Shown here piece after piece: positions 18,399-27,999 of a stretch of DNA of 64,000 nucleotides. This stretch comes from a virus, in the IMG/VR virus record IMGVR_UViG_3300023478_000001, positions 7,323 to 71,322 of that record; one strand, written 5' to 3'. Position numbers and translations under genes: made by a program. Below the pieces are notes generated by a model. That model did no database searches. It had not been told where the DNA came from and was given only the letters and a program-made list of their open reading frames with translations. Positions within the stretch are counted from its first letter, which is position 1. Each line of letters opens with the position of its first letter.

Positions 18399-18866
18399 TT
18401 AATCTAAAATAACAGTATTAGCCCAATGTTTAATAGACCTTATTTCGGTAGGATAAAAATCTGTAATACTATTTATAAAATTACTGTTTATTCCTTCAAA
18501 TACAAACGGTCTTCCATTAACAGTTGAGTAAAATTCTCCAGCTTTTCCAAAAAACGGTTTTCCTAATTTTCCTGTATCCTTTAAATCAACTACAATATAA
18601 GAAGTCTCTTTTACTGCTATCGCATCAGGTGTTTTGAAATTTTCTATATAAACTCCTTTTATCTCCGTCACACCATACCCCATAGATAATAATTTACTTT
18701 TTAATAAAACGTTATTATGCTTATTTTCTTTCTTAAATATCTTTTCTCCTTTACCACACTCTTTTCTGTTACGAAACGCAGTAATTGTTCCCGAATCATG
18801 TGTTGTTACGTGTTTCCAAATTCTTGATAATGAAGATTCTTTAATTATATCTTTTAGTTTTTTCAT
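18399..18866 (-). CDS. Conserved phage protein, possibly head-packaged
   Basis: MKKLKDIIKE-SSLSRIW leader resembling T4-like internal proteins; may carry an internal deletion. Confidence 0.55.
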   Translation of the reverse strand: MKKLKDIIKESSLSRIWKHVTTHDSGTITAFRNRKECGKGEKIFKKENKHNNVLLKSKLLSMGYGVTEIKGVYIENFKTPDAIAVKETSYIVVDLKDTGKLGKPFFGKAGEFYSTVNGRPFVFEGINSNFINSITDFYPTEIRSIKHWANTVILD

Positions 18867-18920
18867 AGTAATTATAATGAGTTAAAAAATGATTTATTAT
18901 TTGTTGTGCATAATTTATTT

Positions 18921-19457
18921 CTAACCCATATTTAATAAACCAGACAACAATGTATGCATAAAACTATACATATTAAAAAAAAGTAGAAATGGAAGTAACA
19001 CTCCCATGTTTTCAAGATATTTTTTATGTAAAAGTTTCTTTTGCATGAGTGCTCCGTTATTTGATTCTTTAGTAGTTAATATTCCATTCGATGAAGTGCC
19101 ATCATAAACTTGAATAAATCCAGAGTTTGTATCCATTTTACAAGGAAATGTGATACCATCTGGCCCAAATCTGTTTTTCACAATATGAACCCTTGCAGTA
19201 TTGTTTAATTTATCTTTTGCTTTTCTACTCCAACTCATTATAAAATCTGCATTCATTACCTTTGCATATGAATCAGCTATTTTATCTGCTTCAATTATTT
19301 CACTATCAATTGCTGAATTATGAGTGTAAATCTCATTAGCAAAAAACATATGAGTATCATCTACTGTAATATCAACCGTTTCTTCTTCACCAATCAGTTG
19401 AATTGATTCTATTTCATCTAATTCAAAAGATTCTGTATTTAATTTATGTTCTTTCAT
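18921..19457 (-). CDS. gp41/DnaB-like helicase, part 3 (47-aa IntC plus C-extein)
   Basis: VDITVDDTHMFFANEIYTHN|SAIDSE...KNRFGPDG. Confidence 0.9.
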   Translation of the reverse strand: MKEHKLNTESFELDEIESIQLIGEEETVDITVDDTHMFFANEIYTHNSAIDSEIIEADKIADSYAKVMNADFIMSWSRKAKDKLNNTARVHIVKNRFGPDGITFPCKMDTNSGFIQVYDGTSSNGILTTKESNNGALMQKKLLHKKYLENMGVLLPFLLFFNMYSFMHTLLSGLLNMG

Positions 19458-19558
19458 TTATAAAATTTAAACATTTATCTATAATCTGTTGTTTATCATT
19501 TTTTCCACTTCTTGTTTTTAAAAATTATCTTTTTGTGTTTTAAGTTTTTTTGTTAAGA

Positions 19559-20752
19559 TCATTTTTCCATTTTTTTTAAACCATCTTCTTTTCCATATTT
19601 TTCAATATAATGATTTTCTGAAAAGGTTGCTTTCTTTTTTGAAACTTTTTTTGTAAAAAGCTTATCACCTACTTTTAGACCAGTTTCAATTGATTTTTGT
19701 TTGCCGTACTGTGTTGGGAAAAGATGTCTTGCAGAGCATTTAACTACTTTACCACTTTTTAATTTTATTTTATAAACTGGTTGCGTTTTCTTTTCAAATA
19801 CATGAGTCACATTTTTATATCCATTATGTGTAAGAACTTTATCACCTTTCTTAATACTACCGATTTCGACCTTACCCAATGGCGTATCTACTTTGGTATC
19901 CAATGTTAAACATCGATTTGTCTGGCTGGCTGTCCAGACCGGAATATTCTTCATTCCGCTTAATCCTCGTAATTCAATATAAACTCCGCCTTGCTCTTGA
20001 TATGTTGAATCATTTCTACCAGTTGAAGATAACATTAAATCCGCATAATCAATAATGATTAAATCTGGTTTTTTACCAGCTGCTATCATTTGTTCAATAT
20101 GTAATTCTATTTGCTTAGTACTCACTCCACGCGGTGGAAAATACTTAATCATTATATTACCTTGTAACGCCTTTATTTTAGAATATATCTCAGCTTGTTT
20201 ATCTTTTAATTGGTTTGTTGCAATATGAGTAATTACAGTATCATATCTAGCACCCACATAAGATTCAGAAAGTTCCATAGTATAATGAGCTACTTGTTTT
20301 CCTATACTCGATGCATATGCACCAATACAAGTTAAAATCCAAGTATTATGTGATAATATACCATTGCCATAAAAACATTGAACTTTATCAACCATTAAAT
20401 CATATAGAATTTTAATTTTTCCTTCTTTAATTTTTCTAATTTTTGCAGTACCGTTTTCAGTTTCTATAATATCATTTTCAATATTAATATCCTTAACAAG
20501 TTTCCACTCTCCATTTACTTTCAATTTATGTTCCCAACCGCATTGCAATGTTTTATTATTAGTAAAATATAAACGTATGGATTTTTGAGAAACGGTTCTA
20601 CAAATTGATGGAACTGAATAGTATCCATATGGGGTTTTCACTTTTACATCATAATGCATTTCATGAATATATTCAGCCTTTTCAGGAATATTATTATTTT
20701 TGAAAAAGGTATCCAACCGTACAGTTTCTCGTACTTTACGTGTATGTATCAT
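19559..20752 (-). CDS. gp41/DnaB-like helicase, part 2 (136-aa IntC, extein, IntN)
   Basis: GNGILSHN|TWIL...IIIDYADL...TASQTNR|CLTLDT...SARHLF. Confidence 0.92.
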   Translation of the reverse strand: MIHTRKVRETVRLDTFFKNNNIPEKAEYIHEMHYDVKVKTPYGYYSVPSICRTVSQKSIRLYFTNNKTLQCGWEHKLKVNGEWKLVKDINIENDIIETENGTAKIRKIKEGKIKILYDLMVDKVQCFYGNGILSHNTWILTCIGAYASSIGKQVAHYTMELSESYVGARYDTVITHIATNQLKDKQAEIYSKIKALQGNIMIKYFPPRGVSTKQIELHIEQMIAAGKKPDLIIIDYADLMLSSTGRNDSTYQEQGGVYIELRGLSGMKNIPVWTASQTNRCLTLDTKVDTPLGKVEIGSIKKGDKVLTHNGYKNVTHVFEKKTQPVYKIKLKSGKVVKCSARHLFPTQYGKQKSIETGLKVGDKLFTKKVSKKKATFSENHYIEKYGKEDGLKKMEK

Positions 20753-21668
20753 TTAAAAATTTTTTTATTTTATGTTTAACTATTTCAGCATTTTCATTAT
20801 AGTCATGTTCCCATATAATTAAAATATCATATCCACTCTGTTTAAGTTTAGATATTTTATTGATATCATAATTTCGTTTTATTGTAACATCTTCTTTATA
20901 TGTTGGGTGTATATCGCCGGTTTCAAATAAACGATTACTACAATGCCAATAGTCTCCGAAATATTCTATAATTTTATTATCAACTTTAATATCAACATTA
21001 TACCCGATAACAAATTCATTAGCTACTGCATTATATCCCAAATCTTTTTGTACAAAATCAAATAACTCAATTTCTGCTAAGCTTTTATAATTTGTCGTAA
21101 AATTACCAAATCTACTAACTAATTTGTCAGCGCCCAATTTTTCAGAATATCGCTTCATTGAGTTTGATATTTTTAATTTGCTTTTATTACTATGAATTTT
21201 GCCTGTAAATTTTTTTGATTTTGCAGATAGCGATGTTTGAGTTTTACTTATTTTTTCAATAGCATCCTTCTCCGAATATCCTTTGTTTATCCAAAATTCT
21301 ACTCTAAACGATGATCTTTTGTTTCTATCTGATTTGGGAGCTGCAGCAGATTTATTTGCATTTTTAGTTTGAATTTCGCTAACTTTTCGTATAGCTTCTT
21401 CCTTTACATATCCTTGCTTAATCCAATAGTTGTAATCAAAAATACTAGATTTATTTTTCTTATATTTATCTATCCATTTTTTCTGCTTAAATCGCTCCTT
21501 CCACATCTTAGATAAATTCTGCTTTTGGTATTCTTGGGTTGTGTGTACAGTAGCTACATTATATAATAATTTATAATCAGCAATATTCATATCGTGTTTA
21601 CGTGTAATATGGCTTACAAGAGATTTTCCTACAAATCCACAAATTTTACATACGTAAAATTTTACATA
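20736..21668 (-). CDS. Homing endonuclease (Vsr/DUF559-like) between intein halves
   Basis: IIEYFGDYWH...IIWEHD; frame is open upstream of ATG 21590 through DYVKFYVCKICG...SHITRKH (Zn finger). Confidence 0.85.
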   Translation of the reverse strand, partial: YVKFYVCKICGFVGKSLVSHITRKHDMNIADYKLLYNVATVHTTQEYQKQNLSKMWKERFKQKKWIDKYKKNKSSIFDYNYWIKQGYVKEEAIRKVSEIQTKNANKSAAAPKSDRNKRSSFRVEFWINKGYSEKDAIEKISKTQTSLSAKSKKFTGKIHSNKSKLKISNSMKRYSEKLGADKLVSRFGNFTTNYKSLAEIELFDFVQKDLGYNAVANEFVIGYNVDIKVDNKIIEYFGDYWHCSNRLFETGDIHPTYKEDVTIKRNYDINKISKLKQSGYDILIIWEHDYNENAEIVKHKIKKFLNDTYT

Positions 21669-22444
21669 GTCTTACCAACACCACATTGCTTCATTAATTT
21701 TTGAGCATCTGATGCTGTTATTGATATTTTATCATTTAAACGTATAATATCCCATGGTTTTTGCCATATTATGTATCCATTTTCAAGCTCAAATCCAATT
21801 TCATCATATTCTATATCAATTTTAGTATCACCACCAACACATTTCCCTACACCGCTTGGTGCAACCACCACCGCTAATTCGCCACCACCTAATCCACCAT
21901 TCATCAATTCATCTATTGGCTCCCAACCGGTTGGGATAGTGCTTCTGTTTTCCTCTGAATACCTTTTCTCAAAATCTACTTTGTAATCCATACCTAAATC
22001 GGTATTAATTCCAACTTTCATCGCCTTATCTACTTCAGTTTTAATTTTATCATATTCACCTAATTTTAATAAATCAACCGATTTTAAAATTACTTGTTTT
22101 AAATTTTGATTGATGCAAAACCTAGTAAATTCATCTTTAATATATTGTAAATCTACGGTGCCAACTTGTGTAAAAATATGACGTAATTGGTCTATTGCTG
22201 TTTTTTTTAATATTGGGTTTTCAAGTTGTTCTATTTTAACCTTAAACACATCAAGTGTTGGTGGTTTTTTATATAACGCATGATAATCAATTATTTCACT
22301 TACTAACCATTTATTTGCTTCTGATTCAAAAAATATTGGTTTAATAATATCAGTTAAAGTATCTAAAAATTGCGCATCAGTAAGTAAACTAGAAATAGTT
22401 TTTGTTTGAAAACTATGACCATATTTTTGTAAACTGTCTTGCAT
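21662..22444 (-). CDS. gp41/DnaB-like helicase, part 1 (N-extein plus 59-aa IntN)
   Basis: IPTGW...GGLGGGELAVVVAPSGVGK|CVGGDTKIDI. Confidence 0.92.
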   Translation of the reverse strand: MQDSLQKYGHSFQTKTISSLLTDAQFLDTLTDIIKPIFFESEANKWLVSEIIDYHALYKKPPTLDVFKVKIEQLENPILKKTAIDQLRHIFTQVGTVDLQYIKDEFTRFCINQNLKQVILKSVDLLKLGEYDKIKTEVDKAMKVGINTDLGMDYKVDFEKRYSEENRSTIPTGWEPIDELMNGGLGGGELAVVVAPSGVGKCVGGDTKIDIEYDEIGFELENGYIIWQKPWDIIRLNDKISITASDAQKLMKQCGVGKTM

Positions 22445-22449
22445 ATTTA

Positions 22450-23523
22450 TTAAGTATGTGTTATGAGGCTACCATATGTAGTGTTTATCCAATTGTTTAT
22501 GTTACTGCCAAATCCATTTATAATACCATATTTTAAACAAGTTTGAAAAAACTTAGGTTTGTTCAAAGGAATTATTTTTTCATCGTATCGTGTTAATATA
22601 TTCATTTTAATACTAGCATTCATGGTTGGATTTTCTAATTGCATTAACTCTCTATTTAATAAAATTTGTGATTCTGCATTTATAATATCATCATATAATT
22701 TAATCGGTTTTTGCTTTTCATTTAAACGTATATCCCGTTTCTTTTTTGCTAAGTCAAGTAAATCATTAACTGTTAGTTTTCGTTTCTCGCTTAGTTCTGG
22801 AAATCGTTTTAAAAGGGTTGTTATACCGCAACCTTTAATCCCAGGAATATTATCTGATACATCGCCATCTAAAACTCTGTATAACAATACGTTATATGAT
22901 TCTATTCCGAAATCTTCTTTAATTATTTGTCTATTATAAATTTTCTTTTTTGTAGGTGACCAAACAATAACTTTGTCATTAACAAGTTGTAAAAAATCTT
23001 TATCTGTTGACATGATTACGGCTTCTTCATCCGGTTTTAAAAGTTGAGTAGCTACGTACCCCATAACATCATCAGCCTCAACCATATCATAAATCATAGT
23101 AGTAACTGGTAATACACTTAGTACATCATCTAGCCATCTATATTGTCGTTTCATCGAAGTTCGTTCATCTTCTTTAGTCATCATTTCGGGGTATTGACGA
23201 TTTACTCGTAATTTATTTTTTCCTCGATTTGCTTTATAACCACCAAACTTCTTTTTTCTTGAAGTTGAACCATCCTTCCCATCAAAAACTACAACTACAC
23301 GTGTTGGTCTTACTTGTTTAATTGCATATCCAATTGATTTTAATACACCTGTAATTCCAGCTACATGGTCACCATTATCATTCATTGTTGGAATTGCAGA
23401 CCAACATCTTATGAAAGTATTTGTACCATCAATTATTAATACACGAGAATTTTGATGCATATTAATATTTTTAGTATGATCTTTTTCAACTGAATATAAA
23501 ATGTTCTTATATAATTCTTTCAT
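22450..23523 (-). CDS. 5'-3' exonuclease / flap endonuclease (T4 RNase H-like)
   Basis: LIIDG, VFDG, YKANR, EADD, STDKDF, GDVSDNIPG. Confidence 0.92.
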   Translation of the reverse strand: MKELYKNILYSVEKDHTKNINMHQNSRVLIIDGTNTFIRCWSAIPTMNDNGDHVAGITGVLKSIGYAIKQVRPTRVVVVFDGKDGSTSRKKKFGGYKANRGKNKLRVNRQYPEMMTKEDERTSMKRQYRWLDDVLSVLPVTTMIYDMVEADDVMGYVATQLLKPDEEAVIMSTDKDFLQLVNDKVIVWSPTKKKIYNRQIIKEDFGIESYNVLLYRVLDGDVSDNIPGIKGCGITTLLKRFPELSEKRKLTVNDLLDLAKKKRDIRLNEKQKPIKLYDDIINAESQILLNRELMQLENPTMNASIKMNILTRYDEKIIPLNKPKFFQTCLKYGIINGFGSNINNWINTTYGSLITHT

Positions 23524-23544
23524 TTGTAACTGTTTTTAAATAAA

Positions 23545-23580
23545 GTATCATCGGTATGGAATATACCTTACCGATGCTTA
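23545..23580 (-). terminator. Stem-loop between uvsX and the exonuclease gene
   Basis: catcggta-N12-taccgatg; weak U-tract. Confidence 0.4.
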
Positions 23581-23594
23581 CTTAATTGATTGAT

Positions 23595-24857
23595 TTAATC
23601 ATCTATACCAGGTGCTTTAGTATCTAAAGTATTTTCACTGGTATCTAAAGTATTCACTTTATATGATAGAATTTCTTCATGACATATTCGTTCATATATT
23701 TGTTTCTTTAAATCATTATCCGCTTCTAATAAAGTTGGAAAATCTTTTGAAAGAAATTTATGAATTTCGCCAGTTGCAACATCTGTATAAGTATACCATG
23801 CACCTGCTTGAGTTATAAGTTTAGTTTCTTTCATTACCGATAACCATGAACCAACATCATCAATTCCTCTGTTGAAATAAATTTCAAAATCAGCTGCACG
23901 TAATGGCGGGCCCATTCTATTTTTAATAACTTGGCATCGAACTTTCATTCCAATAATTTTTTTATCCTTATTTTTAATTTGTCCCATGTTTTTTAATCGT
24001 AATCGTACTGATGCATGAAAAGCTAAAGCTTTACCACCACTAGTAGTCCACGGGTCTCCAAACATTGCACCCATTTTAACTCTAAGTTGATTTGTAAAAA
24101 TTAATGATATGTTTTGTCTACCTATTAAGTTAGTAATTTTCCTCATTGCTTTAGAAATAATAATAGCTTTTTGAGTAGCGTATCCCGCTTGATCGTAATC
24201 TCCCGCTAATTCAACTTTCGTACTAGCACCTGCAACTGAATCGACTACAATAGTTACTAATCGTTCTCTATCGGTTTCCCTCACTTTTTGAATTATAGCT
24301 TCAATATATTCAAATATATCCTCTACTGTATCTGCTGATATATAAAGTAGTTTAGAAACATCTACACCGATTGCTTCTAAAAATTCTCTACTAACTGCAG
24401 TTTCGGTATCAATTAGAACAGCCACGCCCCCTTGCTTTTGTGTTTCTGCAAGGGAATGCGCTGATACTAATGATTTTCCTGAATTATGATTTAAAATTCC
24501 ATTTCCAAAGTATGAATGATCTTTACTGTCTACTTTAATATCTACGATACGATGTAATCCAATGTACTCTACTGATTTAACTACTTGATATACATCATCA
24601 TTTGTATAAATTTTTGTTATTTTTGGTTTTAATTTATCAGTAGATATCCAACCTCGCGAAGTAAAAAATTTGTGTTTAGCAGAAGTTTTTATTTTTTTAC
24701 CATCATTTAATGTAACTAAAAAAGTAGGTAATACCCCTTTATCAAAATAATCAACAATAGGTACAAATTTATTATTTTTAGTTTTTACTGATATAGTTCT
24801 TCCATCATTTAATAATGTCTGTACTTGTGATATTGGAATTTGTGTTGCTGTACTCAT
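23595..24857 (-). CDS. uvsX: RecA/UvsX recombinase, part 2 (125-aa IntC plus C-extein)
   Basis: GNGILNHN|SGKSL...IDTE...VVDSVA...FTNQLR...GGKALAFHASVRL. Confidence 0.93.
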   Translation of the reverse strand: MSTATQIPISQVQTLLNDGRTISVKTKNNKFVPIVDYFDKGVLPTFLVTLNDGKKIKTSAKHKFFTSRGWISTDKLKPKITKIYTNDDVYQVVKSVEYIGLHRIVDIKVDSKDHSYFGNGILNHNSGKSLVSAHSLAETQKQGGVAVLIDTETAVSREFLEAIGVDVSKLLYISADTVEDIFEYIEAIIQKVRETDRERLVTIVVDSVAGASTKVELAGDYDQAGYATQKAIIISKAMRKITNLIGRQNISLIFTNQLRVKMGAMFGDPWTTSGGKALAFHASVRLRLKNMGQIKNKDKKIIGMKVRCQVIKNRMGPPLRAADFEIYFNRGIDDVGSWLSVMKETKLITQAGAWYTYTDVATGEIHKFLSKDFPTLLEADNDLKKQIYERICHEEILSYKVNTLDTSENTLDTKAPGIDD

Positions 24858-25014
24858 TTAGTCATTATTTATAACTGTTTTTTCTTAATTTTTTCTGTAT
24901 TATTTTATTTAAATGAAACTCGCGAGTTTCATTTTTTATATTCTTTTGAGTAATATTCTACTAACTTTTCTTTTTTTCATAATACTAATATTAGTATTAC
25001 GGAAATAGAAAAAA

Positions 25015-25284
25015 TCATTCAATAATTACATCAATAAGTGTATCTTCCGTTACACATTGTTCTAATCCGGTTATTTCTACGATTCTTCCAACTGGAAATC
25101 CACCATAAGCACGGTTCGAAATCGCTATATCCAAAGTTGCACACCCAGAAGATACCCAGCCCATTACATTTGTAGGGGCTTCATCAGAATCTAAAAAGAA
25201 TGCAACTTTTTGGCCTTTGGTTTTTTTGTTTAGCTCGGCCGCAAGAATATCCGCTAAGTTTTCGTCTTTTCCATCTTTTGCCAT
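25015..25284 (-). CDS. uvsX: RecA/UvsX recombinase, part 1 (N-extein plus 13-aa IntN)
   Basis: SSGCATLDIAI...GGFPVGRIVEITGLEQ|CVTEDTLIDVIIE*. Confidence 0.92.
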   Translation of the reverse strand: MAKDGKDENLADILAAELNKKTKGQKVAFFLDSDEAPTNVMGWVSSGCATLDIAISNRAYGGFPVGRIVEITGLEQCVTEDTLIDVIIE

Positions 25285-25299
25285 TTGAAAAATTATTTT

Positions 25300-26106
25300 T
25301 TATTTGTTAAATAGTTCGTCAAATGCTGCTCCAACATCAGTTGCGTTTGATGTTACTGTTGTAGGTTGTTTAGTTTCAGGCGCAGCAGTTTTAATTGCAG
25401 GCGGATTAGGTTTTGAAGTTGATGCAGAAGCAACGGGTTCAGTTTTAGGTTTATCAGGATTTAGCCAACCTTCAAGTACAGATTTTAATTCATCATATGA
25501 AAGTTCAGAATATAATTCTGTAATTTCAGTTTGTGTATCTAAAAATCTAGTAGTATCATCTTTAGTATTAGCTAATGGTGTTTGATTTGGTTTAACTCTG
25601 ATTGTAGTTACAGGATATGAAGTACCTGCATCTTCTGCAGATTTATACTCAATAGTAATATCTCTACCAGATTGAGGATCTGTAATATCACCGTAATCTG
25701 GGTCAGCAATAGTGCTTAATAATTCTTGATATACAGTTTTACCGAACCCCCAAAATTGTACGCCTTTTGCTTCTTGATCTCTAACTAAAACTGGAACAAA
25801 TGTACGAAGTTTTGGCTCCATTGCTTTTGCAGCTTTCCAGTCCTCTTTATCTCCCATTCGTTTAAGTTTGTCTGCAAACTCAACAATAGGGTCAGGTCGA
25901 CCAAATGAAATGGGAGATAAATAAGTTTTGTTGTTTACGTTATAATGAAAATAAAGTTCGATAAAGCAGTTGTCTGGAACAAATTTGTAAGGAACTATTC
26001 TAACTTGTTGTTTACCTGGAGTTGGTTTCCACAATAAATCTGATTTTCTTTGAGTGTTTTGCAGTTTGTTCAGTCTACCTCTGATTGCGTTAATGTCTAA
26101 TGCCAT
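25300..26106 (-). CDS. Single-stranded DNA-binding protein (gp32-like)
   Basis: LWKP...QVRIVP...FWGFGKTVY...DITDPQSGRDI; acidic C-terminus AAFDELFNK. Confidence 0.85.
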   Translation of the reverse strand: MALDINAIRGRLNKLQNTQRKSDLLWKPTPGKQQVRIVPYKFVPDNCFIELYFHYNVNNKTYLSPISFGRPDPIVEFADKLKRMGDKEDWKAAKAMEPKLRTFVPVLVRDQEAKGVQFWGFGKTVYQELLSTIADPDYGDITDPQSGRDITIEYKSAEDAGTSYPVTTIRVKPNQTPLANTKDDTTRFLDTQTEITELYSELSYDELKSVLEGWLNPDKPKTEPVASASTSKPNPPAIKTAAPETKQPTTVTSNATDVGAAFDELFNK

Positions 26107-26264
26107 CTTGTTTTAAATTTAATTATTATTTATTAATGTTTTATGGTTTTATTTACGTGTCTTTTACCTACACGCGGTGTATATATAAGTATGTATTTTT
26201 TATAAAAATACGCCGTTTTTTTGAAGTTTTTTTGTTATGTTATATTCTAATTATAATATTGTAT

Positions 26265-26588
26265 TTATCTTAATTTTTGGTCAATATATCGTTTAATATC
26301 TTTGATATCCATAGTATCTGTACCCTTTTCTGAAAATAATTTTGCAGTATATGTTTCGGTTCTATTACGCAAGACAATTACATTATAATCTGATAATTTC
26401 TCATCTAATACATTATTCATATCCGTCATAAAAGTGGGTGGGGTTGATGCCGGAGTTCCAATCATAAAAATTGGTTTTATACATTTTTGACTTAAGCTAA
26501 AATTATCATATAAACTATTATGTGTTAGTATGGCAGTTGCAGGTTGTTCAGTACTGTATGTTTGGATATATCCATTAGATTTTGACAT
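26265..26588 (-). CDS. Hypothetical protein
   Basis: 107-aa ORF preceded by the early promoter motif. Confidence 0.6.
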   Translation of the reverse strand: MSKSNGYIQTYSTEQPATAILTHNSLYDNFSLSQKCIKPIFMIGTPASTPPTFMTDMNNVLDEKLSDYNVIVLRNRTETYTAKLFSEKGTDTMDIKDIKRYIDQKLR

Positions 26589-26668
26589 ATATGAATCTTT
26601 TTTTTATGTTGAAGTAATGTAAAGATACGACATTTATTTTAAATATCCTAATTTTTATAGTAGTTTTT

Positions 26669-27829
26669 TTATAATTTTTTTATGTTTGATAAGAGGGCTA
26701 ATCCAGTCTTAAATATTTCATCATTAAACCAGTGGTTTAATTTATTAATGGCGTCACTATTATATGACCTATTAATTATCAATTCATTACTATCTTCATC
26801 TGTTGTATTAACTATTTCTTCACTAATTTCCGCATTATCATAAATAGCTAAATTATATACATTTAATGAATATGGACAGGTATTATTAACAAAATTAAGC
26901 GTATTAGTATATGTTTGTTTTGATTCACCCAATAATCCAATAATGAGATTTAATATTACATTTATATTGTATTTTTTCAATATTTGTACGGATTCTTTTA
27001 AAAGTTTAGTAGTTACTGGTTTTTTAAATGCTTTTAATATGGAATCATTATAACTTTCAACACCAATTTCACACGCAAATATATGTAAATCTTCAAAATT
27101 TATTTTATGAATTTGAGAGCCGGTTGTCTGAACGATAAATCCATTAAATATTGGATTGTACTTTTTTATTATTTTATAAATATCCTTTAATAAACGATAA
27201 TTAGAAGATTGGCCAAATGTTTTATCATCTATATAAATTAGTTTAAAATCTAATTTCTTAAAACTCTCTACTTGTTGTAAAATTATATCTTTATTCACTT
27301 CGACAACCGTATTATCGATCATGCAAAATTTACAATGATAATGACATCCAGTTGACATTTGTAAACGTGGGATTGTAGTATTTTTATCAAACATGGAATA
27401 ATCCGTTCCAAATTTATAAGGTACTCCAATTAAATTACATAACTTATTTATATTTTCTATATAGATTGCATCTGTATTTTCTAATTTAGTGTATCCACCA
27501 TAATAAACCGTTTTATCGATACCAGAACATAATGTATCTATAATATTTTTATTTGTATTTAATACTGAAAATATTACTGAATCGTATGATGAATTATTTA
27601 TAAATTTTATTGAATCCTCTATATTTCGGACTATATGTAATTCACAATTAGGAATAGTATATGCAGTTTGAGCAATCCAAACAGGAATTTCCCAAAAATC
27701 ATCTGGTCTTTGATATCCATCCTCTAAATGTAACTTATATATTGTATTGTAGTATAACGAAGAAATATCATTATTATCGTTATCACTATTAATCAAGTTG
27801 TTACTAATCTGACAAAGCAGTATACTCAT
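26669..27829 (-). CDS. Radical SAM protein
   Basis: GCHYHCKFC (CxxxCxxC), IDDKTF, IGVES, IIGLLGE; resembles the B12-associated radical SAM family. Confidence 0.88.
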   Translation of the reverse strand: MSILLCQISNNLINSDNDNNDISSLYYNTIYKLHLEDGYQRPDDFWEIPVWIAQTAYTIPNCELHIVRNIEDSIKFINNSSYDSVIFSVLNTNKNIIDTLCSGIDKTVYYGGYTKLENTDAIYIENINKLCNLIGVPYKFGTDYSMFDKNTTIPRLQMSTGCHYHCKFCMIDNTVVEVNKDIILQQVESFKKLDFKLIYIDDKTFGQSSNYRLLKDIYKIIKKYNPIFNGFIVQTTGSQIHKINFEDLHIFACEIGVESYNDSILKAFKKPVTTKLLKESVQILKKYNINVILNLIIGLLGESKQTYTNTLNFVNNTCPYSLNVYNLAIYDNAEISEEIVNTTDEDSNELIINRSYNSDAINKLNHWFNDEIFKTGLALLSNIKKL

Positions 27830-27999
27830 TCAATTATTTTTTTAATACCAGCAAACATATATAATTGTGAACCGGAACCTGACTCCCCCCCTCCTTACAA
27901 TTAGTGTACCTAGCCTTAATGGTTTAAAAAAATTATACAATTTATCTAAAATTGTAGATTTTTCAGTAATTAGTGATGTTAATTTAATTGGTTTCATAT

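Noticed and set aside
23615-23655. NTLDT tandem duplication at the UvsX C-terminus
   Set aside because: Simple 21-nt slippage in a disordered tail; no hairpin or stop
27860-27930. GC-rich patch as a tRNA or ncRNA
   Set aside because: No cloverleaf found; it lies in a small ORF starting at 27997 with a probable G-run frameshift
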